Origin: an uncultured archaeon
GTDB taxonomy: Archaea; Micrarchaeota; Micrarchaeia; Micrarchaeales; CABMGC01
DNA: 32,000 bases
NCBI GenBank assembly: GCA_963704435.1
Contig: OY969902.1
Span: 390,001-422,000 of the forward strand
Direction: 5' to 3'
This document shows positions 23,090 through 31,310 of this stretch, one piece after another (the first letter of the stretch is position 1; the number at the start of each line of letters is the position of its first letter). The notes below the pieces were generated by a model, which was not told the DNA's origin, ran no database searches, and saw nothing but the letters and a program-made list of their open reading frames with translations. The position numbers and the translations under genes are program-made.

Positions 23090-25804
23090 TCAGCGCTTTC
23101 CGTACCTGCTGAGGAAGGCCATGTACCTTCCCATGACGCTGGATGGCGCAGAAGGCTTCGCCTTGGCCAGGATCTTTGTCACGTCGCTCATCTCAACCAT
23201 GGCCTCCCCTCCCTTCGAGAGGCTCGTCTGGAGCGCGTTGATCTTCACCTGCCGGCAGATGTTCGCGATGTCCGCGCCGGTGAACCCCTCAGTCATGTCC
23301 GCAAGCTTTCCGAAGTCAAGGTCATCCGAGACGGGCACTTTCTTCAGGTTCTGCTCGAACAACTTCTCCCTGTCGTCCCTCTGAGGGGCCGGGACGAAGA
23401 TCAGCTTGTCGAACCTTCCCGGCCTGAGCAGCGCCGCGTCCAGTACATCCGGCCGGTTCGTGGACGCCACGACCACTATCCCGGTGGCGTCCTTTATCTT
23501 GTCGAACTCCTCCAGGATCTCGCCCGTGAGCATCGCTCCGGTATATGCGGTGGTGTCTCTCGCTGGGACCAGCGCATCGATCTCGTCGATGAACACTATT
23601 GCCGGAGGGTGCTCCTTCGCCCTGTCGAATATCTCCCTTATCGACGCTACGACGGCATCGGGCCCGCGCCTTGTCACGTCATATCCGGACAGGGTAAGCA
23701 CGCGCACGTCAGGCAGCTTGTTCGCGGTCGCGTTTATTAGCATCGTCTTGCCGGTTCCGGGCGGGCCGAAGAGCAGTATGCCCCTCACCCCTCCGACGCC
23801 GTACTTCTTTATGAGCTCCGGATGTATTATCGGGAGCTCGATCGCCTCCTCGAGGGCCTTCTTCGCCTCGTCCAGCCCGACGACGTCGCCAAGGCTCACC
23901 TTCTCTCCCTTCTCCGCCTGCATCTCCGGATTGAGCCGCCTCTCGTAGTCCAGCTTGAATGTGTTGAACGCCTCGAGCTGCGACAGCGAGGTCGATGGGT
24001 TGACCGCCTTTATCACTGCGAGTATGTCCTGCAGCCTTATGATGAGCATCGCGTGCTTTGCTATCGCCTGCTCTCCCACCTGCCTCGCGACCTCGTCGCA
24101 GACGTTCTTTATGTCCGCGCCCGAGAACCTGAGCGTGATTCCGGCCAGCTTGTCGTAGTCCATGTCCTTGTCAATCGGGAGCTTCGAGAGGTAGTACTTG
24201 AATATCTCCGCCCTCCCCACCTGGTCCGGCAGCGGCATGTAGAGTATCTTGTCGAACCTGCCCGGCCTGAGCAGCGCAGGGTCGAGCAGCTGGGGCGCGT
24301 TGGTCGCGCCGACGATGACCACCTTCGATATCTTCTGGAAGCCGTCCATCTCGCTGAGCATGGCCGTGAGCAGCTCCCTTATCGCCTCGTTCCTCTGCAC
24401 CTCCCTGCGTCCGCCGATGCTGTCCAGCTCGTCGAAGAATAGGACGCACGGCGCGTTCTTCTTGGCCGTTGAGAAGATCTTCACGAGGGCCTGCGCGCTC
24501 GAGCCCGGAATCGCCGAGAGCAGCGAGGCCGCGTTCACGTAGTAGAAGCTCGCCCTCAGCTCGTTGGCCAGCGCCCGCATTATGAGCGTCTTGCCCGTTC
24601 CGGGCGGGCCGAAGAGCAGTATGCCCTTCGCCGGGCTCACGCCGTACGCGCCGGATATCTCCCTGTGCTCTATCGGGGCCATCACGGCGTTCCTGAGCTC
24701 CTTCTTCGTCTCCGCGTAGTCAGCGACGTCGTCAAAGGTCTCTCCGCTGCCCTTGGTCAGGTCCTCGAAGGCGACTCCGAACTTGCCGAGTATATCCTGC
24801 TTCATCACGTCGAGCGCCATGACCACGTCTATTCCGGCGGCCTCGAGCGAGAAAAGGAAGACGGGCGTTATGAGGAAGCCGACGATTATCAGTGGGTTGA
24901 AGCCCAGCCCCTCGATCCTGGAGAACAGGAAGTAGGACGCCAGCAGGACTATCCCGAAGAAGGACGAGAAAGATCCCTTGTAGGGCGACCTGCTCTTTAT
25001 CGCGTAGTTGCTTATCGTGAAGACCACGAGAAGCCATATGCAGATCTGGATCAGCGTGAACGGGAGGTCGTGCCATAAGCCGAGCAGCGCATAGTAGAAG
25101 ACATTATAGAGGTTGCCCATCGCCTCCGTGCTGAAGAGCGCGCCAAGAGAGCCGGTCCACGAGCTGATCAGGTTGCCGAAAACCGCTGCGTGCTTCGTAG
25201 GGGTGAGGTATTTCGCAAGGGAGGTGGCTGCTACCGTCTTGTTCATGAACGTGGAGTTGTAGACTATCGGCCCGGACAGGGCAATTCCGGTAAGCCCTGA
25301 TACCATTACCGATAACACGATGACCACCAAGGAGAGTATCGCGCCGCGCTTGAATCCCAGGACCAGTATCGAAATGATGAATCCCGGAATGACGAGCAGA
25401 TAGCCGAGGTACGACAGCGACAGGAAGACCAGGGCGAACGTGAAGGCTATCGTCCGGTAGTACTTGTAGCCCAGTATGAGCGATATGCTTATGATAATCG
25501 TGAAGAGCCACACCAGCAGCGGAGACTGATAGATGAGCATGGGCAGCACTGAGAGCAGCATCGTCATCAGGCCGAGCAGCGGGTGTATCAGCGCGAGGAC
25601 GAAAATCAGCAGGATGACCGGAGCGAGGAGGTAGACGGGCAGGAACGGGAACGCGATCGCCATGCTGGCCAGCGCCAGCGACATTATCAGCGCATCCTGG
25701 AAGTTCTTGTTGCTGACGAGCTGCCTGATGACGTCCTTCATCCAGTAGACGGAGAGCGGTGCGATCCCGCGCTTTACGGTTTCAACTTTTTTCTTGTCCT
25801 TCAA
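23090..25804 (-). CDS. Membrane-embedded tandem AAA+ ATPase (Cdc48/VAT-like D1-D2 preceded by a polytopic membrane domain of about 340 aa)
   Basis: 904 aa. Residues 30-340 form about 10 hydrophobic helices. Two full AAA modules follow: GPPGTGKT / VLFFDELDS / GATNAP..PALLRPGRFD, and GPPGTGKT / IVFIDEIDA / ASTNRPDVLDAALLRPGRFD. No double-psi-barrel N-domain sequence is recognisable. Confidence 0.85.
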   Translation of the reverse strand: MKDKKKVETVKRGIAPLSVYWMKDVIRQLVSNKNFQDALIMSLALASMAIAFPFLPVYLLAPVILLIFVLALIHPLLGLMTMLLSVLPMLIYQSPLLVWLFTIIISISLILGYKYYRTIAFTFALVFLSLSYLGYLLVIPGFIISILVLGFKRGAILSLVVIVLSVMVSGLTGIALSGPIVYNSTFMNKTVAATSLAKYLTPTKHAAVFGNLISSWTGSLGALFSTEAMGNLYNVFYYALLGLWHDLPFTLIQICIWLLVVFTISNYAIKSRSPYKGSFSSFFGIVLLASYFLFSRIEGLGFNPLIIVGFLITPVFLFSLEAAGIDVVMALDVMKQDILGKFGVAFEDLTKGSGETFDDVADYAETKKELRNAVMAPIEHREISGAYGVSPAKGILLFGPPGTGKTLIMRALANELRASFYYVNAASLLSAIPGSSAQALVKIFSTAKKNAPCVLFFDELDSIGGRREVQRNEAIRELLTAMLSEMDGFQKISKVVIVGATNAPQLLDPALLRPGRFDKILYMPLPDQVGRAEIFKYYLSKLPIDKDMDYDKLAGITLRFSGADIKNVCDEVARQVGEQAIAKHAMLIIRLQDILAVIKAVNPSTSLSQLEAFNTFKLDYERRLNPEMQAEKGEKVSLGDVVGLDEAKKALEEAIELPIIHPELIKKYGVGGVRGILLFGPPGTGKTMLINATANKLPDVRVLTLSGYDVTRRGPDAVVASIREIFDRAKEHPPAIVFIDEIDALVPARDTTAYTGAMLTGEILEEFDKIKDATGIVVVASTNRPDVLDAALLRPGRFDKLIFVPAPQRDDREKLFEQNLKKVPVSDDLDFGKLADMTEGFTGADIANICRQVKINALQTSLSKGGEAMVEMSDVTKILAKAKPSAPSSVMGRYMAFLSRYGKR

Positions 25805-25915
25805 GCGATGTCACCGAGCGCAGCTTGGGTCGCCTCCTGACGCCTAAACATGATAAACTCTGCATATCTATATTAATATTCTCTAATTTCATAATAGCAA
25901 CCCGCGGGATAGCGC

Positions 25916-26014
25916 CCCGCTGTAGCTCAATGGCAGAGCGACCGGCTGTAGTTTGTCACTTCTTCACGGCAAGAAGATACCGGTAGGTTGGGTGTTCAAA
26001 TCACCCCAGCGGGA
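25916..26014 (+). tRNA. tRNA-Tyr (anticodon GTA) with a 27-nt intron
   Basis: Hand-folded. Acceptor CCCGCTG/CAGCGGG (C1:G72, A73, the archaeal Tyr identity set). D arm GCTC-AATGGCA-GAGC. Anticodon stem ACCGG/CCGGT. Variable loop AGGTT. T arm GGGTG-TTCAAAT-CACCC. CCA is not encoded. TATA-like TATATTAATATT at about 25870-25880. Confidence 0.85.
25952..25978 (+). other. tRNA-Tyr intron at the canonical 37/38 position
   Basis: 34 nt lie between the anticodon-stem strands. Removing 25952-25978 leaves the loop CTGTAGA. The intron contains a CTTCTT/AAGAAG hairpin. I could not fit a strict bulge-helix-bulge (BHB) motif by hand. Confidence 0.7.
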
Positions 26015-26034
26015 CACACAGGATAGGCGATTGT

Positions 26035-26289
26035 TTGGACTACGTTGCGATAATAGGCACAGCCGCAGGGGCGCTGACCACGTTCTCGTACCTTCCGGAA
26101 CTGGTTGACGTGCTGAAGACGAGAGTGACTAAGGACCTGTCAGAGGTTTGGCTGATCTCAGTCAGCACAGGCTTCGTCCTTTGGACGTACTATGGCTACT
26201 GCATTAATTCATGGCCCCTCGTTCTGTTCAGCGCGCTGTCGCTGGCCTTCGCGATGGCGCTCCTGGCGCTGAAATTAAGGTATAAGTAG
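26035..26289 (+). CDS. SemiSWEET (PQ-loop, 3-TM) transporter unit, divergent copy 1
   Basis: 84 aa, 3 TM helices, TTG start 20 nt after tRNA-Tyr. About 40% identical by eye to copy 2. It has LPE in place of the PQ motif and S in place of the pocket Asn (LFSA versus VWNA). Confidence 0.65.
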   Translation: MDYVAIIGTAAGALTTFSYLPELVDVLKTRVTKDLSEVWLISVSTGFVLWTYYGYCINSWPLVLFSALSLAFAMALLALKLRYK

Positions 26290-26320
26290 ATTGCTGGTCA
26301 AATAGGTTACGCCAAAGCGT

Positions 26321-26393
26321 GCCTTGGTGGTGTAGTGGACTAGCATACGACCCTGTCACGGTTGTGACCCGGGTTCGAATCCCGGCCAAGGCG
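26321..26393 (+). tRNA. tRNA-Asp (anticodon GTC)
   Basis: Hand-folded. Acceptor GCCTTGG/CCAAGGC. TGGTGTAGTGGACTAGCATACGACCCTGTCACGGTTGTGAC matches the typical archaeal tRNA-Asp body. T arm CCGGG-TTCGAAT-CCCGG. Discriminator G. Confidence 0.9.
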
Positions 26394-26443
26394 CTTTGGA
26401 ACTGCGACAAGGATCGTATCCTAAAATTAAAAGTTGATTGATT

Positions 26444-26701
26444 ATGCCATATGCCGAAATCCTGGGCCTGATCGCAGGCTTCTTCACGACGGTTGCATAT
26501 GTGCCGCAGGCAATAAAGGCATTCAAGACAAAGTCCACGAAGGATCTCTCAATACTGTGGCTCTCGATTGCGGGGTTTGGAGCCACATTGTGGATCTTTT
26601 ACGGATTCTCGATAGGCTCCATCCCCATAATAGTATGGAATGCTGGAGGAGACGTCCTGATTGCGATACTTATAATATTGAAGTCAAAATACAACCGATA
26701 A
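26444..26701 (+). CDS. SemiSWEET (PQ-loop, 3-TM) transporter unit, canonical copy 2
   Basis: 85 aa from ATG 26444 (the track lists a TTG at 26438). FTTVAYVPQAIKAFKTKSTKDLS contains the PQ motif, and LWIFYGF...VWNAGG contains the Trp/Asn pocket residues. Confidence 0.75.
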   Translation: MPYAEILGLIAGFFTTVAYVPQAIKAFKTKSTKDLSILWLSIAGFGATLWIFYGFSIGSIPIIVWNAGGDVLIAILIILKSKYNR

Positions 26702-26718
26702 GCGGTTCTGGTGGATAA

Positions 26719-27393
26719 ATGCCATATGAGAGTAGCATACTGATGAGGCTCAAGGAACTAGGCAGCCCCGAAGCGCTCGAGGGCATGGCAAAATTCGGGA
26801 TAAACACCACGTCGGCGTACGGGGTATCGGTCACGGAACTGCGCAGGATGGCAAAAAGGATCGGACAGAACCGCGACCTTGCCCTTAAGCTGTGGGCATC
26901 AGGGATCCACGAGGCGCGCATCCTTGCCGGAATGGTCGACGAGCCGGAGAGGGTGACCGAAAGGCAGATGGACGCATGGGTGAGGGATTTCGATTCCTGG
27001 GATGTCTGCGACCAGGTATGCAGCAACCTCTTCGACAAGACCGAGTTCGCCTACAAGAAGGCCCTCGAATGGAGCCACGCGAGGGAGGAGTTCGTCAAGA
27101 GGGCGGGCTTCGTCATGATGGCCTGCCTGGCAGTGCACGACAGGACGGCGAGGGACAAGGATCTCGAAAGATTCCTGCCGATCATAGTAAGGGAAGCCAA
27201 TGACGAGAGAAACTACGTAAAGAAGGCCGTGAATTGGGCGCTGCGCCAGATTGGGAAAAGGGACCCGAGGCTGAACAGGAGCGCGATTGCGACAGCAAAA
27301 GAGATACAGAAGATCGATTCGCCCTCTGCGCGATGGATAGCCGCCGATGCCCTGAGGGAGCTCGAGAAGAAGAAGTTCGCGGATCCCCGGTGA
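26719..27393 (+). CDS. DNA alkylation repair protein (AlkD/AlkC-type HEAT-like repeat glycosylase family)
   Basis: 224 aa. ...MAKFGINTTSAYGVSVTELRRMAKRIG.NRDLALKLWASGIHEARILA...WDVCDQVC...EFVKRAGFVMMA...NYVKKAVNWALRQIGKR is the typical DNA_alkylation family pattern. Confidence 0.8.
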   Translation: MPYESSILMRLKELGSPEALEGMAKFGINTTSAYGVSVTELRRMAKRIGQNRDLALKLWASGIHEARILAGMVDEPERVTERQMDAWVRDFDSWDVCDQVCSNLFDKTEFAYKKALEWSHAREEFVKRAGFVMMACLAVHDRTARDKDLERFLPIIVREANDERNYVKKAVNWALRQIGKRDPRLNRSAIATAKEIQKIDSPSARWIAADALRELEKKKFADPR

Positions 27394-27508
27394 ACAGGGC
27401 GCCATTTCTGGGCGGACACAAATGTCCCACGCTTATTTTATGCGAAGTAAATCAAATGCACAATCAGCTTAAAAAGCTTGAACGAGAAGCCCAAACAAGG
27501 GTGGGTAT

Positions 27509-28024
27509 ATGCAAGGCAACTACGAACGTCCCAAGACGAGCAGCGATAGGCAGTCGCTCATGGTCAGCGAGATAATGAGCAGCCCCGTAATAACCGCGAC
27601 GGAGAGGACGAGCATCAGGGACATAGCGAAGATGATGAGCAAGCACAGGATAGACGCCGTGGTCATAGCCAACAAGCAGAACGAGCCCGTAGGGATGGTC
27701 ACCGGAGGCGACATAGTAAAGAAGCTCGTATCGAGAAAGAGGAACCTGCTATTCTCCAAGGCGAAGCACATAATGAGCAAGCCTGTCGTAACCGTCGCGA
27801 GGCCGGTGAAGCTGGAGGACGCTGCCAGGAGAATGGTCGAGAGGAAGGTGAAGAAGCTGTGCGTCGTCGACGAGGGCAACAAGGTGATAGGGATCGTCAC
27901 GTCCTCGGACATAACGAAGAACGCGAGCCACCTGATAGACGTGCTGGAGGAGATAATAGGCACGGGCTACGTGCTTGCGGACGAGGCGGCGGAAGCCGCT
28001 GCGCAGGGCAGCCTAGAGGCCTAG
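27509..28024 (+). CDS. CBS-domain pair protein
   Basis: Two CBS motifs: IMSSPVITA...IDAVVIANKQNEPVGMVTGGDIVKK and IMSKPVVTV...VKKLCVVDEGNKVIGIVTSSDITK. The start is ATG 27509 or 27560. The 3' end overlaps the convergent nuoM by 12 nt. Confidence 0.8.
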   Translation: MQGNYERPKTSSDRQSLMVSEIMSSPVITATERTSIRDIAKMMSKHRIDAVVIANKQNEPVGMVTGGDIVKKLVSRKRNLLFSKAKHIMSKPVVTVARPVKLEDAARRMVERKVKKLCVVDEGNKVIGIVTSSDITKNASHLIDVLEEIIGTGYVLADEAAEAAAQGSLEA

Positions 28025-29428
28025 GGGCGCGAGTAGCAGGCCCGGAAGGATTCCCAGGACGACCGTGGCGCATATGAGGATTCCCGCGGCAGCGTACACT
28101 CCCTTCTTCGGGCTCTCGAAGGGCTCGGTGAAGCCCGTGACGGGCATGAACGATTTCTCTATCACGAAGAACAGGAACGCCCCCGCGAGCGCGACGGAAA
28201 CCAGCGGGGCTATGCCCGCTATGCCGTACGCCTCGAACGCCCCAGAGGCACTGAGGAAGTAGCCGATGAACCCGCTCGTGAGGGGAAGCCCGATGAAGGC
28301 GAACGTGCAGAAGATGAAAGAGTATGCGAGGTAGGGCATGCTGTTCATGATACCCTTTACCTTTCCGAAAAGTAGCGTTCCATAGGATTCGTCCACTGCG
28401 CCGGAGACCAGGAACAGCATCGAGGATACGATTCCCTGGCCGAGCAGCAGGTATAGCCCTCCGGCAGTTCCGATCTGGTTAAGCGATACGAGGCCTATCG
28501 CGGCTATTCCCGACCCGACCATGCCGATGTATGCGGCAATCCTTTTCAGGTCCGACTGCCGGATTGCGACAAGCGACGCGTAAATCGCCGAGAAGCCGAA
28601 GAGCACAGCAAGGTACTTCGCATATACTGATACGACGGGCAACATCAGAATCAGGAGGAGCAGGCCGTAGGCCCCGGACTTGAAAAGCATTCCGGATTGA
28701 AGCATGCCTGCAGTCGCGGGCGACTCCGCCTGCGCGCTCTCCAGCCAGGAATGGAAGGGGAACACGGGCATCTTTATTATGAACGCTAGTAGGAGGAGGA
28801 GCATTGCGAGGAACTGCGCACCTTGCGGGATGGAAGCGGACTGGCTTATGATTGAGGCGATGTCGAACGTGTGGGTCGGAACGTTCGCGTAGATGACCAT
28901 TATCCCGAGGAGGAGGGCAAGGCTCGCCACCGTGGAGTATATCAGGAACTTTATGGCGGCGTACCGCCTCTCCTGGCCCCCAAACACGTGTATCATGAAG
29001 AACATCGCGACGTCGCACAGCTCCCAGAATGCGAAGAACAGGAACAGGCTGCCCGACAGGAAGATTCCAAGCGCTGAAGCTTCCGTGAGGAGGAAGAGCA
29101 CGCCGTAAATCCTGTGCGACTCCTTCACGAAGGAGCCGGCGCAGACGGACGCCGACAGGAGGACTACCGCAGACAGCACCAGGAATATCCCGCTATATCC
29201 TGTGAGTTGGAAGTTCACGTTTATTCCGAGGGAAGGAAGATACGCGTAACTGAAAGAGAGAGCGACTAAGCCGCTGTTTGCACTAACATAAAATACGTAC
29301 AGCGTCAGTAGGAAGACTATCGCGGAAGAAAGCGTCGCAATCTTTAGCGAGTGGCGCTCTCCGGCAAGAAGTACAGGTATGATGAACGCCACGGGAATGA
29401 GGACAAGGAGTGGCAACAGGGGAAACAC
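28013..29428 (-). CDS. nuoM: NADH:quinone oxidoreductase subunit M, located away from the nuo cluster
   Basis: FFAFWELCDVAMFFMIHVFGG, IKMPVFPFHSWLESAQAESPATAGMLQSGMLFKSGAYGLL and LKRIAAYIGMV align with NuoM (FFFFWEMMLVPMYFLI; KMPVVPLHGWLPDAHSQAPTAG...LLKTAAYG). The track ORF start at 29887 is an artefactual extension antisense to cdc6. The start is GTG 29428 (VFPLLPLL...) or GTG 29446. Confidence 0.85.
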   Translation of the reverse strand: MFPLLPLLVLIPVAFIIPVLLAGERHSLKIATLSSAIVFLLTLYVFYVSANSGLVALSFSYAYLPSLGINVNFQLTGYSGIFLVLSAVVLLSASVCAGSFVKESHRIYGVLFLLTEASALGIFLSGSLFLFFAFWELCDVAMFFMIHVFGGQERRYAAIKFLIYSTVASLALLLGIMVIYANVPTHTFDIASIISQSASIPQGAQFLAMLLLLLAFIIKMPVFPFHSWLESAQAESPATAGMLQSGMLFKSGAYGLLLLILMLPVVSVYAKYLAVLFGFSAIYASLVAIRQSDLKRIAAYIGMVGSGIAAIGLVSLNQIGTAGGLYLLLGQGIVSSMLFLVSGAVDESYGTLLFGKVKGIMNSMPYLAYSFIFCTFAFIGLPLTSGFIGYFLSASGAFEAYGIAGIAPLVSVALAGAFLFFVIEKSFMPVTGFTEPFESPKKGVYAAAGILICATVVLGILPGLLLAPLGL

Positions 29429-29476
29429 AGCATCACCGCCGCGCACGCCGCAGCAGATAGTGAAACTGAATTCAGG

Positions 29477-29484
29477 TTTATATA
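29477..29484. promoter_or_regulatory. TTTATATA element in the nuoM / cdc6 divergent intergenic region
   Basis: Consensus-like archaeal TATA, quasi-symmetric, 31-56 nt upstream of the candidate nuoM GTG starts. A second A+T-rich block (TTAATAAGAATAATT, 29521-29535) lies about 30 nt upstream of the cdc6 ATG at 29561. Confidence 0.4.
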
Positions 29485-29560
29485 CGTTAATGTGAGCCGT
29501 GGGAGGAGCCACAGAAGAGTTTAATAAGAATAATTGCAAAACAGCTATAAGGGGCAGAGA

Positions 29561-30787
29561 ATGGACCAGAGATTCGCAGATTTGTTCAAGGAGTCCAAGA
29601 TATTCGCCAACCGGGAGGTGCTGTCCCCTCACTACATGCCCGACGTGCTGCCCTTCAGGGACAAGCAGATAAATGACATAGTGAAGTCGCTCACCCCGTC
29701 GCTTAGGGGCGAGAGGGGAAGGAACATATTCATCTACGGCAAGACTGGGACCGGGAAGACCTCGTGCATGAAGCACGTGATAAACGAGGTCAGGAGCCTG
29801 CCTGTCGTGAAGGTGAGGATATCCTACGTCAACTGCAGGATATACAACTCCAGGTACCGGGTGCTCAGCAAGATAGCCAGCGACCACCTTCCGCTCTACG
29901 CCAAGCGCGGCTACGGAGTCGTCGAGATCTACGAGAAGATAATCAACTGGATAGAGGAGGACGGGAAGGTCCTTCTGGTCATTCTCGACGAGATTGACAT
30001 AGTCAAGGACCTCGACGACCTGGTGTACACGCTGACCAGGGCGAACAGCGACCTAAGGTCTGGCGGGATAACTATCGTCGGCATATCGAACAAGACGAAC
30101 TTCAAGGAGCAGCTGGACCCCAGGAGCCTGTCCACCCTGTACGAGAACGAGCTGGTCTTCCCTCCTTACAATTCGAACGAGCTCGCGACGATACTGGAGG
30201 ACAGGGCCGCGAAGGGCTTCAGGCCAGGAGTAATAAGGCAGGAGACGCTGAGGCTCGCGGCCGCGATAGCCGCAAAGGAGAGCGGCGACGCAAGGCTCGC
30301 CCTGAAGATAATATCCAAGGCGGGCGAGCTCGCGGAGGAGCACGGGCTCACCGGGATAAACGCGAAGGAGGTACAGGCGGCCGCGCAGGACGCCGAGGAG
30401 GAGATAGCCTACGAGGTAATATCCACGCTGCCCGAGCACCAGAAGCTGGTGCTCTACGCCATCGCCCTGCTCGAGCTGCAGGGCAGCAGGTACAAGAAGC
30501 TCGTGGACGGGGACGACTCGCTGATGTTCAGCGGCGAGGTGTACGCCAGGTACGCCAAGCTGTCCGAATCGCTGAAGAGGGACGCGAAGAGCAACAGGTG
30601 GTACAGGAAGTACATAACCGACCTGGAGATGCAGGGGCTCATAGTGACCTACCAGTCCGGCAAGGGTGTGAGGGGCCACACCAAGCTCGTGAAGCTGTCC
30701 TACCCCGCCAACAAGATAAAGGACACGATAGAGAAGAGCATATTCATGGAAAGCGAGGCCAAGGGAGACGCCAGCGTCGTTGCTTGA
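29561..30787 (+). CDS. cdc6: Orc1/Cdc6 replication initiator
   Basis: FANREVLSPHYMPDVLPFRDKQI, Walker A IYGKTGTGKTS, Walker B LVILDEID, sensor VGISN, and a C-terminal winged helix (...GVRGHTKLVKL). ATG 29561 is preferred over the track's TTG at 29534. Confidence 0.9.
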   Translation: MDQRFADLFKESKIFANREVLSPHYMPDVLPFRDKQINDIVKSLTPSLRGERGRNIFIYGKTGTGKTSCMKHVINEVRSLPVVKVRISYVNCRIYNSRYRVLSKIASDHLPLYAKRGYGVVEIYEKIINWIEEDGKVLLVILDEIDIVKDLDDLVYTLTRANSDLRSGGITIVGISNKTNFKEQLDPRSLSTLYENELVFPPYNSNELATILEDRAAKGFRPGVIRQETLRLAAAIAAKESGDARLALKIISKAGELAEEHGLTGINAKEVQAAAQDAEEEIAYEVISTLPEHQKLVLYAIALLELQGSRYKKLVDGDDSLMFSGEVYARYAKLSESLKRDAKSNRWYRKYITDLEMQGLIVTYQSGKGVRGHTKLVKLSYPANKIKDTIEKSIFMESEAKGDASVVA

Positions 30788-30791
30788 TCAC

Positions 30792-31310
30792 ATGCGGTTT
30801 TTCGACATAGTTGCCCTGAAGGAGGAAATGAGCATGGAGCCCCTAGCCCGCAGGCTCGGCTTCAGGAGGATCTTCCTCGCCGGGAAGGACTTCGAGATCT
30901 CCGCCGATATAAAGAACCTGGGCGAGGAGGGCAAGCACATAGTCAGGAGCGGGAACAACGAGGTCCTGTCCAAGGCCATGAGGAACAACGCAGTCGTGGG
31001 CGTGGTGCTCGATGATGGCAAGGCCAGCGGAAAGTTCATAGAGGAGCTGCGCACGCATGAGAAGCTCCTGTTCATTCCGGTTGCGCCGCTCGTCTGCCCG
31101 AACCAGGAGAGCAGGTTGAGGAACCTCCACAGGGCAAAAGGGATCCTGAGGACGGCGCTGATGGGGAAGGCCGCGGTGTCCCTGGTGACGCTGGCAGAGG
31201 AAAGGGAATGCCTGCTGTCAAGCGTGCAGCTGTTCGAGATCGCGAAGCTGCTCGGCGCGAGCGACAGGGTCGCGGGCGAGATGCTCAATTCTGCGGGTGA
31301 TTCGCTATGA
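30792..31310 (+). CDS. rnp3: RNase P protein component 3 (Rpp30-like), short form
   Basis: MRFFDIVA...LARRLGFRRIFL at the N-terminus, and PLVCPNQESRLRNLHRAKGILRTA...VSLVTLAEERECLLSSVQLFEIAKLLG parallel the P. horikoshii Rpp30 blocks I recall. Adjacent to and overlapping pop5. Confidence 0.65.
   Translation: MRFFDIVALKEEMSMEPLARRLGFRRIFLAGKDFEISADIKNLGEEGKHIVRSGNNEVLSKAMRNNAVVGVVLDDGKASGKFIEELRTHEKLLFIPVAPLVCPNQESRLRNLHRAKGILRTALMGKAAVSLVTLAEERECLLSSVQLFEIAKLLGASDRVAGEMLNSAGDSL

Noticed and set aside
29447-29560. Possible replication origin next to cdc6, including the palindrome CTGAATTCAG (flanked by AAA...GTTT) at about 29465-29480.
   Set aside because: The spacer is only about 115 bp and is mostly accounted for by divergent TATA promoters. 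I found no repeated ORB/mini-ORB-like elements flanking an A+T-rich unwinding region. The palindrome may be a regulator site, but origin status is unsupported.
29429-29887. N-terminal 150 aa or so of the 624-aa track ORF 28013..29887.
   Set aside because: This part runs antisense through the cdc6 5' region and the TATA-containing intergenic spacer, and has no NuoM similarity. NuoM homology begins at VFPLLPLL (GTG 29428/29446).
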